A DNA stretch of 49,413 nt from Octopus bimaculoides (GCF_001194135.2 NC_068988.1:20222890-20272302), one strand, 5' to 3'. Positions 27,001 through 39,148 are shown, numbered from the stretch's first letter. A program made the numbers and translations. The notes: a model not told the origin generated them from the sequence alone.

Positions 27001-27320
27001 CTCACCTTCCCCTTCCCTATTCCTCCTACTCTCTCCTTCACTATATATCGAACTCTACAAACTAACTCGTTCCTATAATGTGTTCTCCGCACTAATACTA
27101 TAAAATTCGTATTTGTTTTTAAATTAATTTTTCTCCTGCTTTTCTTTTACTCACAAATTTATTTTTATACTTCGTTTAAACCTCCAATTGTTTCTTTAAG
27201 ACTTTTCTCCTTTTATTTTTATTTTTATTTTTTCGTCATTCGAATCAAAAATATATCCTGTCCTTCAGACATTACACGAACGGAAACAAGAAATAATACA
27301 GAACTACAGAGAAAAGCGAA

Positions 27321-27400
<80 letters not shown>
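27321..27400. repeat. (AAT)n microsatellite
   Basis: Directly visible. Confidence 0.95.
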
Positions 27401-27402
<2 letters not shown>

Positions 27403-27571
27403 CTTCAGTTTATTCTAACTGTTAGTGCATTACTTCAGCAAAGTACTTTTAAAGTATTCAATCAATGTTAATTATAAAAACATCCTAGTTTTTACTCTCC
27501 GGTAGTCATGAGCTACAGTATGACAAGAATCACAGAACAATAACCGCTGCTGCTGCTGCTGCTGCTGCTAA

Positions 27572-27716
27572 AACAATTCTTTCTAATTTAGTCACAAGAG
27601 CAGGAAATTTTGAGAAAAGGCAAGTCAATGACGCCGACTCCATTACTAGACTGACACATAAATGAATAAACCCTGAAAGGGTGAAGGGCAAACTTAATCT
27701 CTGTGATATTTAAATA
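27572..27716 (-). mobile_element. SINE family B variant (alternative tail), old copy
   Basis: Minus strand tttgcccttcaccctttcagggtt...ggagtcggcgtcattgacttgccttttctcaaaatttcctgctcttgtgactaaattagaaa resembles the B core plus a tail like that at 48003-48040. Confidence 0.5.
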
Positions 27717-28863
27717 ACCACTTGATCCAGGACGGCATTACTGCAGAAAAGCGTGTCAAGGAAATGGTGACCATCCCTACCTACTGTCAAGCAAAGACTA
27801 CAGATGTAGTTTCAGCGCATGGCTTCGCATCATTTTCCATGGTGCGCCCTACTATACTGGGTGATCGAGAAAATCAAAAACAAACAATGCACATGCGCGA
27901 AATTAAATATAAAATTGTAGCACTTTTCCCATCGCACACTGTATATATATATATATNNNNNNNNNNNNNNNNNNNNNNNNNNNNNNNNNNNNNNNNNNNN
28001 NNNNNNNNNNNNNNNNNNNNNNNNNNNNNNNNNNNNNNNNNNNNNNNNNNNNNNNNNNNNNNNNNNNNNNNNNNNNNNNNNNNNNNNNNNNNNNNNNNNN
28101 NNNNNNNNNNNNNNNNNNNNNNNNNNNNNNNNNNNNNNNNNNNNNNNNNNNNNNNNNNNNNNNNNNNNNNNNNNNNNNNNNNNNNNNNNNNNNNNNNNNN
28201 NNNNNNNNNNNNNNNNNNNNNNNNNNNNNNNNNNNNNNNNNNNNNNNNNNNNNNNNNNNNNNNNNNNNNNNNNNNNNNNNNNNNNNNNNNNNNNNNNNNN
28301 NNNNNNNNNNNNNNNNNNNNNNNNNNNNNNNNNNNNNNNNNNNNNNNNNNNNNNNNNNNNNNNNNNNNNNNNNNNNNNNNNNNNNNNNNNNNNNNNNNNN
28401 NNNNNNNNNNNNNNNNNNNNNNNNNNNNNNNNNNNNNNNNNNNNNNNNNNNNNNNNNNNNNNNNNNNNNNNNNNNNNNNNNNNNNNNNNNNNNNNNNNNN
28501 NNNNNNNNNNNNNNNNNNNNNNNNNNNNNNNNNNNNNNNNNNNNNNNNNNNNNNNNNNNNNNNNNNNNNNNNNNNNNNNNNNNNNNNNNNNNNNNNNNNN
28601 NNNNNNNNNNNNNNNNNNNNNNNNNNNNNNNNNNNNNNNNNNNNNNNNNNNNNNNNNNNNNNNNNNNNNNNNNNNNNNNNNNNNNNNNNNNNNNNNNNNN
28701 NNNNNNNNNNNNNNNNNNNNNNNNNNNNNNNNNNNNNNNNNNNNNNNNNNNNNNNNNNNNNNNNNNNNNNNNNNNNNNNNNNNNNNNNNNNNNNNNNNNN
28801 NNNNNNNNNNNNNNNNNNNNNNNNNNNNNNNNNNNNNNNNNNNNNNNNNNNNNNNNNNNNNNN

Positions 28864-28909
<46 letters not shown>

Positions 28910-30259
28910 ATTCTCGATGGTACTTATTCGTACACAGCTTCATATTCGAATACGAATGCGTCGTAAATAGAAAGTGTGAATAAAACAACTGTTGATATTG
29001 CTAATAGCCATCCAGTGAGTTAGGAGCCCGGGACACGAAACTGAGGCAATATTTAATTAAGTTAATGATCTACACAGTATGCTTAATATATACACATGGC
29101 TGATAGGCATGATATACATAAAATATGGAATGCTGGTGATCAGAAACCAGTAACTGCAATAAGAACTCCATTACGAAATAATTTAGGAAATATCATTAAA
29201 AATATCTAATTCTGAATCATTTTGATGTGTAATTACTCATGTCTCTGCAGGATGTCTAAAATTTGCCTAATGAATAGCTAAATACTTACGGTTTAAAGCA
29301 CTACTAGTTACTCACTTTCAAGAAATCGTATAACTTTACTGTAGAAAGTGGATTTAAATAACATGGAATCATGATATTCTAGTGTGTGTTCACATGAAAA
29401 ATAATCAAATTTATATTAAAAGAATAATATTATCACGTTGTTTAATTGATTATATCATACCCAAAGTACAGAACTATTATCATTAACATTATATTCAAGA
29501 CATATATGAAAATTAATCTCCACAAATCGATTTACTAATTATTTATAATAGGATAGAAATATTAAGTTTAATTAATACAATTATAAATGTGTGTGCGTGT
29601 GTGTGTGTGCGTGAGAGCGTGTGTGAGTGGATGTGGGCGTGAGTGTGGTTTATGTGTGCTTCAGTTTGTGCAATTATATATATTACCAAATTCATTTCTT
29701 TAAATCTGAAAATTTGAATATTATAATTGAAATGGAATAAGTCTGTCATATAATGTTTGACTGTTTGAGTAACATTTTTTCGATTGCATCATTATAATGA
29801 TACACCTTGAAGATGAGAAAATGTTGTTGAAAATATCTCCGTAGATTAAAAGCAGAGTTTGTCATAATTCGGTTTCAAGGATTGTAAAGTACTCACCTAT
29901 CGTAAAGAGACTCTAATTTATCGAAAGTACATAAAATTATAGAATCAATTCACAAAATTTCATAAAATTTTCTTGCTTGGAGAAGCGCGTAGTATAAGAA
30001 TGGTAATTATGTGTATCACGAATATGTGAATGAGTGAAAAGATGTCTGAATTATAAAGAGTATTATACGTTTTATATTCTAAGATGCTACCGGGTACAGC
30101 CTTAGTAATGTACAAGGATCATAATAGGTTTTGCATCATTAATCAGCTTAACTTATTAAACAATTTATTCGACCGAATTTGATCAAGTCCCGACCTGCAT
30201 CCCAGAAATATATCAACGGAATTGTAGGTGATGAATACACGTTACATACAGCAATGAAC

Positions 30260-30358
30260 GTGGTGAGCGGGCAGAATTGTAACCGTTTGGGATTTAAATG
30301 TTTAGCATCCTTTCCTCCCGCTGTTTATGTTCGGAGTTCAAATAACACCGAGGTCAAT
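30260..30358 (+). mobile_element. SINE family B, diverged 5' part interrupted by a family A insertion
   Basis: gtggtgagcgggcagaattg...tttagcatcctttcc...gttcggagttcaaataacaccgaggtcaa resembles 44171-44270. Confidence 0.5.
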
Positions 30359-30370
30359 TCTACGGAATAT

Positions 30371-30765
30371 TTTGTTATGCTGTTGGCACTCCGTCGCTTA
30401 TGACGTCGAGGGTTCCAGTTTATCCGATCAACGGAACAGCCTGCTCGTGAAATTAACGTGCAAGTGGCTGAGCACTCCACAGACACGTGTACCCTTAACG
30501 TAGTTCTCGGGGATATTCAGCGTGACACAGTGTGTGACAAGGCTGACCCCTTTGAATTACAGGTACAACAGAAACAGGAAGAAAGAGTGAGAGAAAGTTG
30601 TGGTGAAAGAGTACAGCAGGGATTGTCACCATCCCCTGTCGGAGCCTCGTGGAGCTATAGGTGTTTTCGCTCAATAAACACTCACAACGCATGGTCTGGG
30701 AATCGAAACCGCGATCCTATGACCACGAGTCCACTGCCCTAACCACTGGGCCATTGCGCCTCCAC
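30371..30765 (-). mobile_element. SINE family A (tRNA-derived), full length with 12-bp TSD
   Basis: Head on the minus strand has A-box TGGCCCAGTGG and B-box GTTTCGATTCC. TSD TCTACGGAATAT lies at 30359-30370 and 30766-30777. Homologous to 39149-39531 and 47151-47395. Confidence 0.92.
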
Positions 30766-31546
30766 TCTACGGAATATAATAGGTCATTAACTGCTGTAAA
30801 CGATTTTCTGATGGCATGAGGGACAAAGTATTGCATCTGAAACTATACAGAAAAATATCGCAATTATTTTATTCCTGAACCTCTAATTTTCGTTATCATC
30901 GATGTTAACTGTATACTTACTGACCAACTCCAGGCTATGATTTTAAAAAGCTAGCAAAAGATGCTAAGCCCGATCCCTACGTTATTCGTAAAAGGGAACG
31001 AAAGCATTTTTGTACATGGAATCAAAATGATATTCAATCTCAGAAACCTACCTTCAATATTGAATCAGGAAAAATAGAAAGCTGACATGAACAGTTGGTT
31101 TTCCCTACTAACACTCTCTTTATATATAAGACCAATACTTTATCCTATATTTCTCTTTGGGACAGGATGTGCTTAACAATGTATCATAACAGATAATATT
31201 CCCCAGGAGTTTAAATTATAAAACACAACAAATAAACTTAAATGTATTTATTAGAAACCAAACAACGTAGATAGTGATGCTACATAGTGTAAACCGGACT
31301 ATAAACGAAAATCAACCGGAACATCTCAGCATTATATCAGTGACATAATTTCCGCTTTCCAGAAGTTAATATTTGGCACAAGAAAGACTGACAAATAGTA
31401 ATAAAAATGACAAATCAATAAAGAGCCAAATATCTATATCAGTTATATTATAAACAAGTAATACAGCAGTGAATTGAACATCCTACGAACCCAAAATATA
31501 CTGTCTCGTAAGATAGAGAAATTTTCTTTTACAATTCAACGTAAAT

Positions 31547-31945
31547 GTAGGAGTGGCTGTGTGGTAAGTAGCTTGCTTACCAACCACATGGTTCCGGGTT
31601 CATTCCCACTGCGTGGCACCTTGGGCAAGAGTCTTCTACTATAGCCTCGGGCCGACCAAAGCCCTGTGGGTGGATCTGGTAGACGGAAACTGAAAGAAGC
31701 TCGTCGTATATATAAATATATATATGTATGTGTGTTTGTGTGTCTGTGTTTGTTCCCCCACCATCGCTTGACAACCGATGCTGGTGTGTTTACGTCCCCG
31801 TAACTTAGCGGTTCGGCAAAAAGAGACCGATAGAATAAGTACTAGGCTTACAAAGAATAAGTCCTGGGGTCGATTTTCTCGACTAAAGGCGTGCACCAGC
31901 ATGGCCGCAGTCAAATTACTGAAACAAGTAAAAGAGTAAAAGAGA
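31547..31945 (+). mobile_element. SINE family C (tRNA head, CORE-like block, internal TA/TG microsatellite), full length
   Basis: A-box-like TGGCTGTGTGG and B-box-like GGTTCATTCCC. GCACCTTGGGCAAG resembles the CORE-SINE motif GACCTTGGGCAAG. Tail is (AAAAGAGT)n. Three partial copies occur in the window. Which named octopus family (OK, OR1 or OR2) it is remains unresolved. Confidence 0.9.
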
Positions 31946-32865
31946 GTAAGAGATATCTAGGAAATATTAAGATTATTATGAGAAAGATATAGGATATCTA
32001 TATGATTATGCAGACTTGGTTTGTGGAAAATAAAATCATTTAATCTTTTAAGGACACTATATTAAATCCTTTTATAGTACAAATTTCGTAAATGTTTATA
32101 TGTGGCTTCTTTTCTTACATGTTTAACGCTTGGGACTTGCTGAGAAAAATATGTTCACAAATGCCCCGTATCAATGATATACTAGCCGTGATCACTCTGT
32201 ACTTATCAGACATAGTAAATCTAGGACTACACTATTGTTATGTCTATTTTCTCCTTTTATATATTCGGATGCGATTTGAGGTTAATTCAGTAACTATTTT
32301 ATTTAGTTCAAGCGGCTTTCTTATCGAGGGAATACATACTTTGCCACTCGTGCCAACTCTTCTTGTGGATTGAAAAACATAAAAATATATCAAACAAAAA
32401 ATATATACCAAAATTTACCTATTTCTGGACAAATTCGGTCAAGAATCGACTGTCTTTCTACCTCTATTTCTCTCACTCCAAGTTCTTTCCCCAAGATCTG
32501 ACTTGTATTAATGGGGTCTTTATGGCCTACATTGCTTCCAAGGAACGAAATAGTATATACGTTGTTGCGCTTCATAATACATATTCTGATCTCTTCTTCT
32601 TTCTCAACCTTTCGTGGGTAATCTCGGGCAAATATGTTTTGCCTTCTTTATACTTTATCGTCCATATATTCATCTTTTCTTCGTGTCGATTAATATCTTT
32701 GCTCTATTCGCATGTTTAGTTGCATACATGTGAAATCTAGCAATAGTGTTTGTAAAAACCCGACTTCACGTTTAGGTTATTGACGGTCATGCAACGACCA
32801 GTAGATAGTGCAACTCGGTGCAACGCAATAATCAGCCGAAGTTTGGTTATTACCAAAAATATACA

Positions 32866-33070
32866 GAGATGTACTTGCATAGCAAGTGACCTGATCTGAG
32901 ATCGTGTGCTGGAACGAAAACAATTGCAGCGTGGAAGGTGTTTATAAGCCATTTAAAATAACACACAAAATCCGTTAGATTCACTTCAACATTTAAATTT
33001 AATTCGTCAAAATATTTTCGTCGCTTTGAGACCGCGACCTGTTCACTGACAAAATTCTGTGCTGCATCTC
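32866..33070 (-). mobile_element. Interspersed repeat D, copy 2, flanked by an 11-bp direct repeat
   Basis: AAAAATATACA at 32855-32865 and 33071-33081. Ends are GAGATGTAC...GCTGCATCTC. Inverted relative to 24328-24537. Confidence 0.85.
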
Positions 33071-33934
33071 AAAAATATACACAAACAGGTAAAATACCAT
33101 AACGGGAAACATTCTTCTACGGCATATAACAGAATAAACACAGAACCAATTTTTAAAAAAATCTTGTATTAGTATAATGGCNNNNNNNNNNNNNNNNNNN
33201 NNNNNNNNNNNNNNNNNNNNNNNNNNNNNNNNNNNNNNNNNNNNNNNNNNNNNNNNNNNNNNNNNNNNNNNNNNNNNNNNNNNNNNNNNNNNNNNNNNNN
33301 NNNNNNNNNNNNNNNNNNNNNNNNNNNNNNNNNNNNNNNNNNNNNNNNNNNNNNNNNNNNNNNNNNNNNNNNNNNNNNNNNNNNNNNNNNNNNNNNNNNN
33401 NNNNNNNNNNNNNNNNNNNNNNNNNNNNNNNNNNNNNNNNNNNNNNNNNNNNNNNNNNNNNNNNNNNNNNNNNNNNNNNNNNNNNNNNNNNNNNNNNNNN
33501 NNNNNNNNNNNNNNNNNNNNNNNNNNNNNNNNNNNNNNNNNNNNNNNNNNNNNNNNNNNNNNNNNNNNNNNNNNNNNNNNNNNNNNNNNNNNNNNNNNNN
33601 NNNNNNNNNNNNNNNNNNNNNNNNNNNNNNNNNNNNNNNNNNNNNNNNNNNNNNNNNNNNNNNNNNNNNNNNNNNNNNNNNNNNNNNNNNNNNNNNNNNN
33701 NNNNNNNNNNNNNNNNNNNNNNNNNNNNNNNNNNNNNNNNNNNNNNNNNNNNNNNNNNTATATATATCGTAAAGTAAGGATTCAGATAGAATCGGATACT
33801 TAAAAACAATATGCACCGGCTTGGCTTCAATAAACCTGTGGATTCCACCTATGGTTGGTAGGATCAAATAGGATATTCCGGTTGTGTAGACAGAGAAAAC
33901 TATCCCTACGAGTATTTAGCGTCTAGTGGCAGGT

Positions 33935-34605
33935 CCAAAGCACGCGTTACGTTGAATTGTAGGTTGTCCGACAAGTCGTAAATCCCCTTGGTCTCTCATG
34001 ATCAGACGATGTATAAATTTCAAATAAGATGTAAGAACAGTATATCACATCATCCATTGTTTCGATACCACATAAATGTCACACTACGCGACGTTTTTGC
34101 CCTTAATCGCATCCTTGACCATTTTTTTTTCAGTTCGGCCAGCCTCAAGAGGGCATTCTACATGATTTGATTGTCTGTCGGCAGAAGTGTCACGTCATCC
34201 AGGAAGGTGACTGTACATGGACCATTTGCTCCGAAAAGTCTGCTGCTTCCAAAAACATCTCCATAGCTAAGATAAACCACGTGACAGATATTGTGCATCC
34301 AGCAGCAATGTCAATCTCCAATCGGTGCCAATTTGTTTTAAAATTTCTTACTCTGAACTTCATCTCGAAACTGTCATAATATACCCTCATTAATTTTGTC
34401 AATTTCGCTGGAATGTGGGAGTGATTCATAGCTCTCATCTGCAATTCGTGTGACACTGAGCCGTATGCATTAGCTACATCAAGCCATACCACGTTCTAAG
34501 TTATTTTGTTCTGTTTGGCATCGTAGATCGCTTTCCAAATCGAAAAACAATGCTCAACGCATGCAGATTCCGGCTTTTGAACAGATTAATCAGCATACCT
34601 ATTAC
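33935..34605 (-). pseudogene. Non-LTR retrotransposon reverse-transcriptase fragment (RLE type, Hero-like)
   Basis: ORF 34190-34492 has VWLDVANAYGSVSH and AAGCTISVTWFILAMEM. Frameshifted flanks give SVQKAGI, EHCFSIWKAIYDAK, FLDDVTLL and WSRMRLRAKTSRS. These match Hero-clade motifs as I recall them (SVQKAGIPG, WLDLANAYGSVPH, GCTISP, FMDD, WARMxFKPxKSRS). Confidence 0.8.
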
Positions 34606-34711
34606 ACTGTAGATATGTCACTATTCTCATAATTATTTCAAAATATGTATTCTATATTTTATTTTAAAAGACATCGAAATTATAATAATAGAATTCCGAA
34701 CTAAAAATCTG

Positions 34712-35269
34712 TCAATGTTGAAGCACCTCAAGGTAAACAATATTCATTGTGTAATACTTGCTGTCGAAATGAATAAATTGTTGCCACTTCCAACTCGTGA
34801 GCAAGCAACATAGAGTTGACCGTGGGAGAAGTATGCAGTAGAGAGATCAAGTCTAAATACCTCGAGGGATTAACCCTGAGATTTGTTAATCTTAGTTTGA
34901 CTGGAAACTGAAGTGTCTTAAATTCGAATAAAAGATCTGTAGGTATGAGAGGATATTTTGGAATAAAGACATTTTCTCTTTTGTGATTACCTGTTATCAT
35001 TGTTGCCTCTAGGACATGGGGCCTCAGGGCAGTAACAATTAAGCGAGTTCCATTACACAAGTGAGATGGGTCAGGATTCCTTAGCAACATAGTGGTAGCA
35101 TCCAGTTTTAGTGTCAATTTATGCGTTGGCATCCCAGTGGGTGTAAGTGTGTTCAGAAATTCACCAGGGTATTGAACAGCCTGATCTTGATCGACTGAGG
35201 TCAGTTGATCCAAAAATTCATTTCTGATATATCTGTTAACTTTTGAAGTTCGTGATTGATTTTCACTAT
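34712..35269 (-). pseudogene. Helitron RepHel C-terminal PIF1-type helicase fragment
   Basis: AVQYPGEFLNTLTPTGMPTHKL, MLLRN, LCNGTRL, VFIPKYPLIP and LQFPVKL. After a frameshift come INKSQG*SL, FSHGQLYVACSRV and the terminal NIVYLEVL with a stop at 34712. No 3' hairpin/CTAG end was found. Confidence 0.9.
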
Positions 35270-35302
35270 ATTTGACGGATATTTGTCCTCATCTTGTTTG
35301 TT

Positions 35303-35348
35303 AACACAACGCTTCGGCTGATATACACTTCAGCCTTCATGAGGTGTC
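35303..35348 (-). ncRNA. Minimal hammerhead-ribozyme motif, probably inactivated
   Basis: GACAC CTCATGA A GGCTGA-AGTGTATA-TCAGCC GAAGC GTT GTGTT. Stem I is GACAC/GTGTT, stem II is a perfect 6-bp GGCTGA/TCAGCC, and the cleavage triplet is GUU. Core substitutions are G5C and A15.1G. Confidence 0.7.
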
Positions 35349-35420
35349 TTGGGGGAAATTTTGAACTTGGGTTCTCATTCCTAAGGTATTTTTTGAAGTT
35401 TATTATTATTATTATTATTA

Positions 35421-35494
35421 AGGTCACTACTTGGAACCGAACTCGGAATCTTGGGGTTAGTAGCCCGCGTTCTTAACCACTACGCCATATGCCC
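35421..35494 (-). other. tRNA-like module with Pol III A and B boxes; not a canonical tRNA
   Basis: GGGCATA TGGCGTAGTGG TTAAGAACGC GGG-CTACTAA-CCC CAAGATTCC GAGTTCGGTTCC AAGTAGTGACCT. The A-box is perfect and the B-box near-consensus. The 7-nt anticodon-like loop has ACT at the anticodon position. The acceptor stem pairs poorly. Followed by (AAT)n at 35401-35420. Confidence 0.7.
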
Positions 35495-35849
35495 GTGGGC
35501 AATTATGGAGTGAATTTTAGGGCTTATAAATCTAATATTCTCCTATCCTTCCTTAATATTGATTCCTATATGCTGTTCATATCTGTATTCGGTCTGCTTT
35601 GGATATTATTGTGTCCTAGCATATGTGCTGCTTCTTTTAGTTTTCATATTTTCCAATGATGTTCTCTGTCTGTTATTTTAACTTCATCCAAAAGGGATCC
35701 TGTGACATGGATCTCTCACATTTTCCTATATCCTTGTCCACATTGCTTTCAGAATATGCAGCATTACAGGAAAAACTGATTATTTTCAGTAACGTCCTTA
35801 CTTAAAAATTTGCCGTGATTTTATTTTCCAAAACTTCAGAGTGTGGCTA

Positions 35850-36063
35850 GGTGCTTTGACCATGATAATCCCTAATGCATTGTAGAAATTGTTTCAAAAT
35901 TTAGAGTTGTGAAAACAACAGAGTAAATAATAAGATTTGTTTATTACACTCAGTTGATTGAGATGGGTTTACATTGAGAAGTATATGGTAGAACGAGGAG
36001 TAAATTGTAAGCTATAACACGTCTTTCGCTATCCGCCAGAAGCTTTCTCGGTTAATTTCCGTA
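35850..36063 (+). repeat. Direct repeat E, copy 1 (214 bp)
   Basis: About 93% identical by manual count to 37061-37277 (roughly 13-14 substitutions and one 3-nt indel). Confidence 0.9.
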
Positions 36064-37060
36064 AACCATGCCTCATAAAGAAGATAGTAAGTCAGCGCCT
36101 GATGAATGATGTAAATCAAACTTAAGCCACAATATTTCAATATTGTGATGCATTGCATTACAAACAAGCAAGTTCCGATTTAGTTCAGGCATTAGGCGAG
36201 AATTTCCAGGAAGTATTTATATTCAGAAATGTAACCGAACGCTATATACTGAAATCAATGTACAGTAGCTTAAATACGAATTCTGCCTCAAAACACGATG
36301 TTGTTCGAATAATCGTCTTAACAAAAACATTTTTCAAATGTGTTAAGCTTCTTTTCCTCGATTTTCTGATCGCAAGAAAAAGAAAATACCAGCACTGTTA
36401 AAAGAAGCAACCAACCACTTCCGAAAAGGTGTATCAGACTATACATAATAAATAACCGATGTTATACGAGGTGCATAATTCTTAGATTATTTGAACAATA
36501 CAACATTTTTACTAATACAAGAAAATAATTTCGCACTTGAAGAAGCAATAAGCATGCAGAAATATTATGCAAATGAGCAAGTTTAGCAAGAAAATATGCT
36601 TATTAATCTGAGACAAATCAAATGTAGGATATCAACGCACAGACATATTATTCTTTAGAATAAAAGTGTGAGGTACGGAATTTCAGATAATGTTTAATAC
36701 ATTATTTTGACAACGATACTAAGCTGGTACATCACGTCATCATTCTTGGAGCAATCAAATTAACTAGCCTCGTATGGAAATGATCTTAGTACATAAAGAA
36801 TTATAATAAATACCATAAAGTAAACTAGCAATGCTGCCAAAAATATGACAACGTAGAAAATAAGAGAGAATGTCTACAATGAACACAGAGATGCAGGGAA
36901 AACAATCTGTCACAAACAGGGCAAGATTATCTTACGAATGAATTCTTATCAATGAATACTGCCTGCTATGTTATTAATACATTACATTTCTCATTAAATG
37001 TATCGACTATAGAAGTAGGAATTGAAAACCAAAAGCATATATGTCGTTAAGGTATACGTA

Positions 37061-37277
37061 GGTGTTTTGACCATGATAATTCCTAATGCATTGTAGGAAT
37101 TGTTCCAAAATTTAGATTTGTGAAAACAACAGAGTAAATAATGTCGAGATTTGTTTATTACTTTCAGTTGATTGAGATGGGTTTACATTGAGAAGTATAT
37201 GGTAGAACGAGGAATAAATAGTGAGCTAAAATACGTCTTTCGCTATCCGCCAGTAGCTTTCTCGGTTAATTTCCGTA
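37061..37277 (+). repeat. Direct repeat E, copy 2 (217 bp) with 10-bp TSD
   Basis: GGTATACGTA at 37051-37060 and 37278-37287 flanks the copy exactly. Confidence 0.9.
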
Positions 37278-37849
37278 GGTATACGTATCGATGAAATTCA
37301 TTTGATAAAATCTCGAATATCAATGAGTATTTATGTCATAGAGAGTGGAAAATATTGATACTAGGAGCAAGAATCTCTGACTAAGAAAATGTTACTTTCC
37401 AAAATTATGTATATATATATATATANNNNNNNNNNNNNNNNNNNNNNNNNNNNNNNNNNNNNNNNNNNNNNNNNNNNNNNNNNNNNNNNNNNNNNNNNNN
37501 NNNNNNNNNNNNNNNNNNNNNNNNNNNNNNNNNNNNNNNNNNNNNNNNNNNNNNNNNNNNNNNNNNNNNNNNNNNNNNNNNNNNNNNNNNNNNNNNNNNN
37601 NNNNNNNNNNNNNNNNNNNNNNNNNNNNNNNNNNNNNNNNNNNNNNNNNNNNNNNNNNNNNNNNNNNNNNNNNNNNNNNNNNNNNNNNNNNNNNNNNNNN
37701 NNNNNNNNNNNNNNNNNNNNNNNNNNNNNNNNNNNNNNNNNNNNNNNNNNNNNNNNNNNNNNNNNNNNNNNNNNNNNNNNNNNNNNNNNNNNNNNNNNNN
37801 NNNNNNNNNNNNNNNNNNNNNNNNNNNNNNNNNNNNNNNNNNNNNNNNN

Positions 37850-37891
<42 letters not shown>

Positions 37892-39148
37892 TTATTATAT
37901 ATATACATGTGCATATATATATATATATATACATATGTATATATATATATATATATATGTATGTATATGTAAGCATGTATTTATATACATACATACATAT
38001 ATGTGTTGGTGTGCGTGCATGCGTGCGTGGTGTTTGTGTGTGCCTTAAAAAATGTAGAATATTAAAATTGAAATCTCACTCGTAAAGTATGTACTTGCGC
38101 GGATGTGAATCTGTAAGTGCAGGTGTATGGATATGTGTGTCTACGTGTGTGTGTGTATGTGTGTTCATCCTATTCAAATTATTGTGCTTCTATGTGTAGG
38201 TAAACATACTTTTGTCTTTCAAGCCGGTATATACGCAATATATTATTGGACGCTATTTATGATTCACACGATTTACTACAATACTGAATTTAGAATCTAT
38301 ATGAAAAGCTCAGACTTCAGTTAACAGTGTTTATTAAATCAAAAGTGTGTGTCTTTGCTTAAAGAAATTAGTAATATATTGGAGAACACAACTCTTCTAT
38401 AGAAGGTCAGGTGGAAATTATGTCTGTGAAATTAGAAGTAATAGAAAACAGTTATGGTTGGTGTAACGATTTTCTACAGAAATAACTGCCTACTTACTAA
38501 GTATAGCATTCGTGTTTATCGTTACGGTCAACTGAAAATGTCGAAAACATCTCCTTTCCCAGAAGAGACCTATGATTACGCTAAGTAGGATGTATAATTT
38601 GAAAACTAGAAATTTTTCTCCGTGCAAATACTTACATATATTCATACATACATTCTTATATTTGAATGTTTCATATTTTACATGTATCTATTTTTATATA
38701 CATATATGCATTTATGTATATATACATGTATATATCTATGTGCGTGTATATACATATCCGTGTGTGTGTGTGTGTGTCTCCGTACGTGTTTGTGTGTGCG
38801 TGGTGCAAGTAACAGAGTGTAGCTGAATTATTTTCTACGAATGAAGAGAGAATTCAATACAAGGTCTAGTGTGTATAACTTATTTTATTTGAATTTCCTT
38901 CGCACGCATTAAATCCCAGGCTACCACGATCTCCAGGAGAGAAATATACATACATACATACAAACGTATGCACGTCTTTTATGGATATTATATGTATTAT
39001 ACATTATATATAAATATACATATATATGCCTACATACAAGCATGCATGCTTACATACATACATACATACATACATACACATACACACATACACACACACG
39101 CACTCATAAATAGTGAAATGCTTCAAGAAAAATTTCCATATGGTGAAT

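Larger units (their letters stand above)
35270..35750 (-). mobile_element. Penelope-like element 3' end: GIY-YIG C-terminus, tRNA-like module, (AAT)n, hammerhead
   Basis: Minus-strand translation of about 35700-35515 gives DEVKITDREHHWKI*KLKEAAHMLGHNNIQSRPNTDMNSI*ESILRKDR, matching the Penelope endonuclease tail pattern (VKIIDRExHWxxRxLKEAxH). A hammerhead motif lies downstream. Confidence 0.75.

Noticed and set aside
32363-32719. ORFs 32363-32719 and 32390-32575, the latter with a possible donor site
   Set aside because: No recognisable homology, and the composition is like the surrounding non-coding DNA.
35421-35494. Functional tRNA gene (anticodon ACT)
   Set aside because: The acceptor stem has mismatches, the anticodon stem has only 3 good pairs and there is no T-run terminator. 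Treated as a tRNA-derived module instead.
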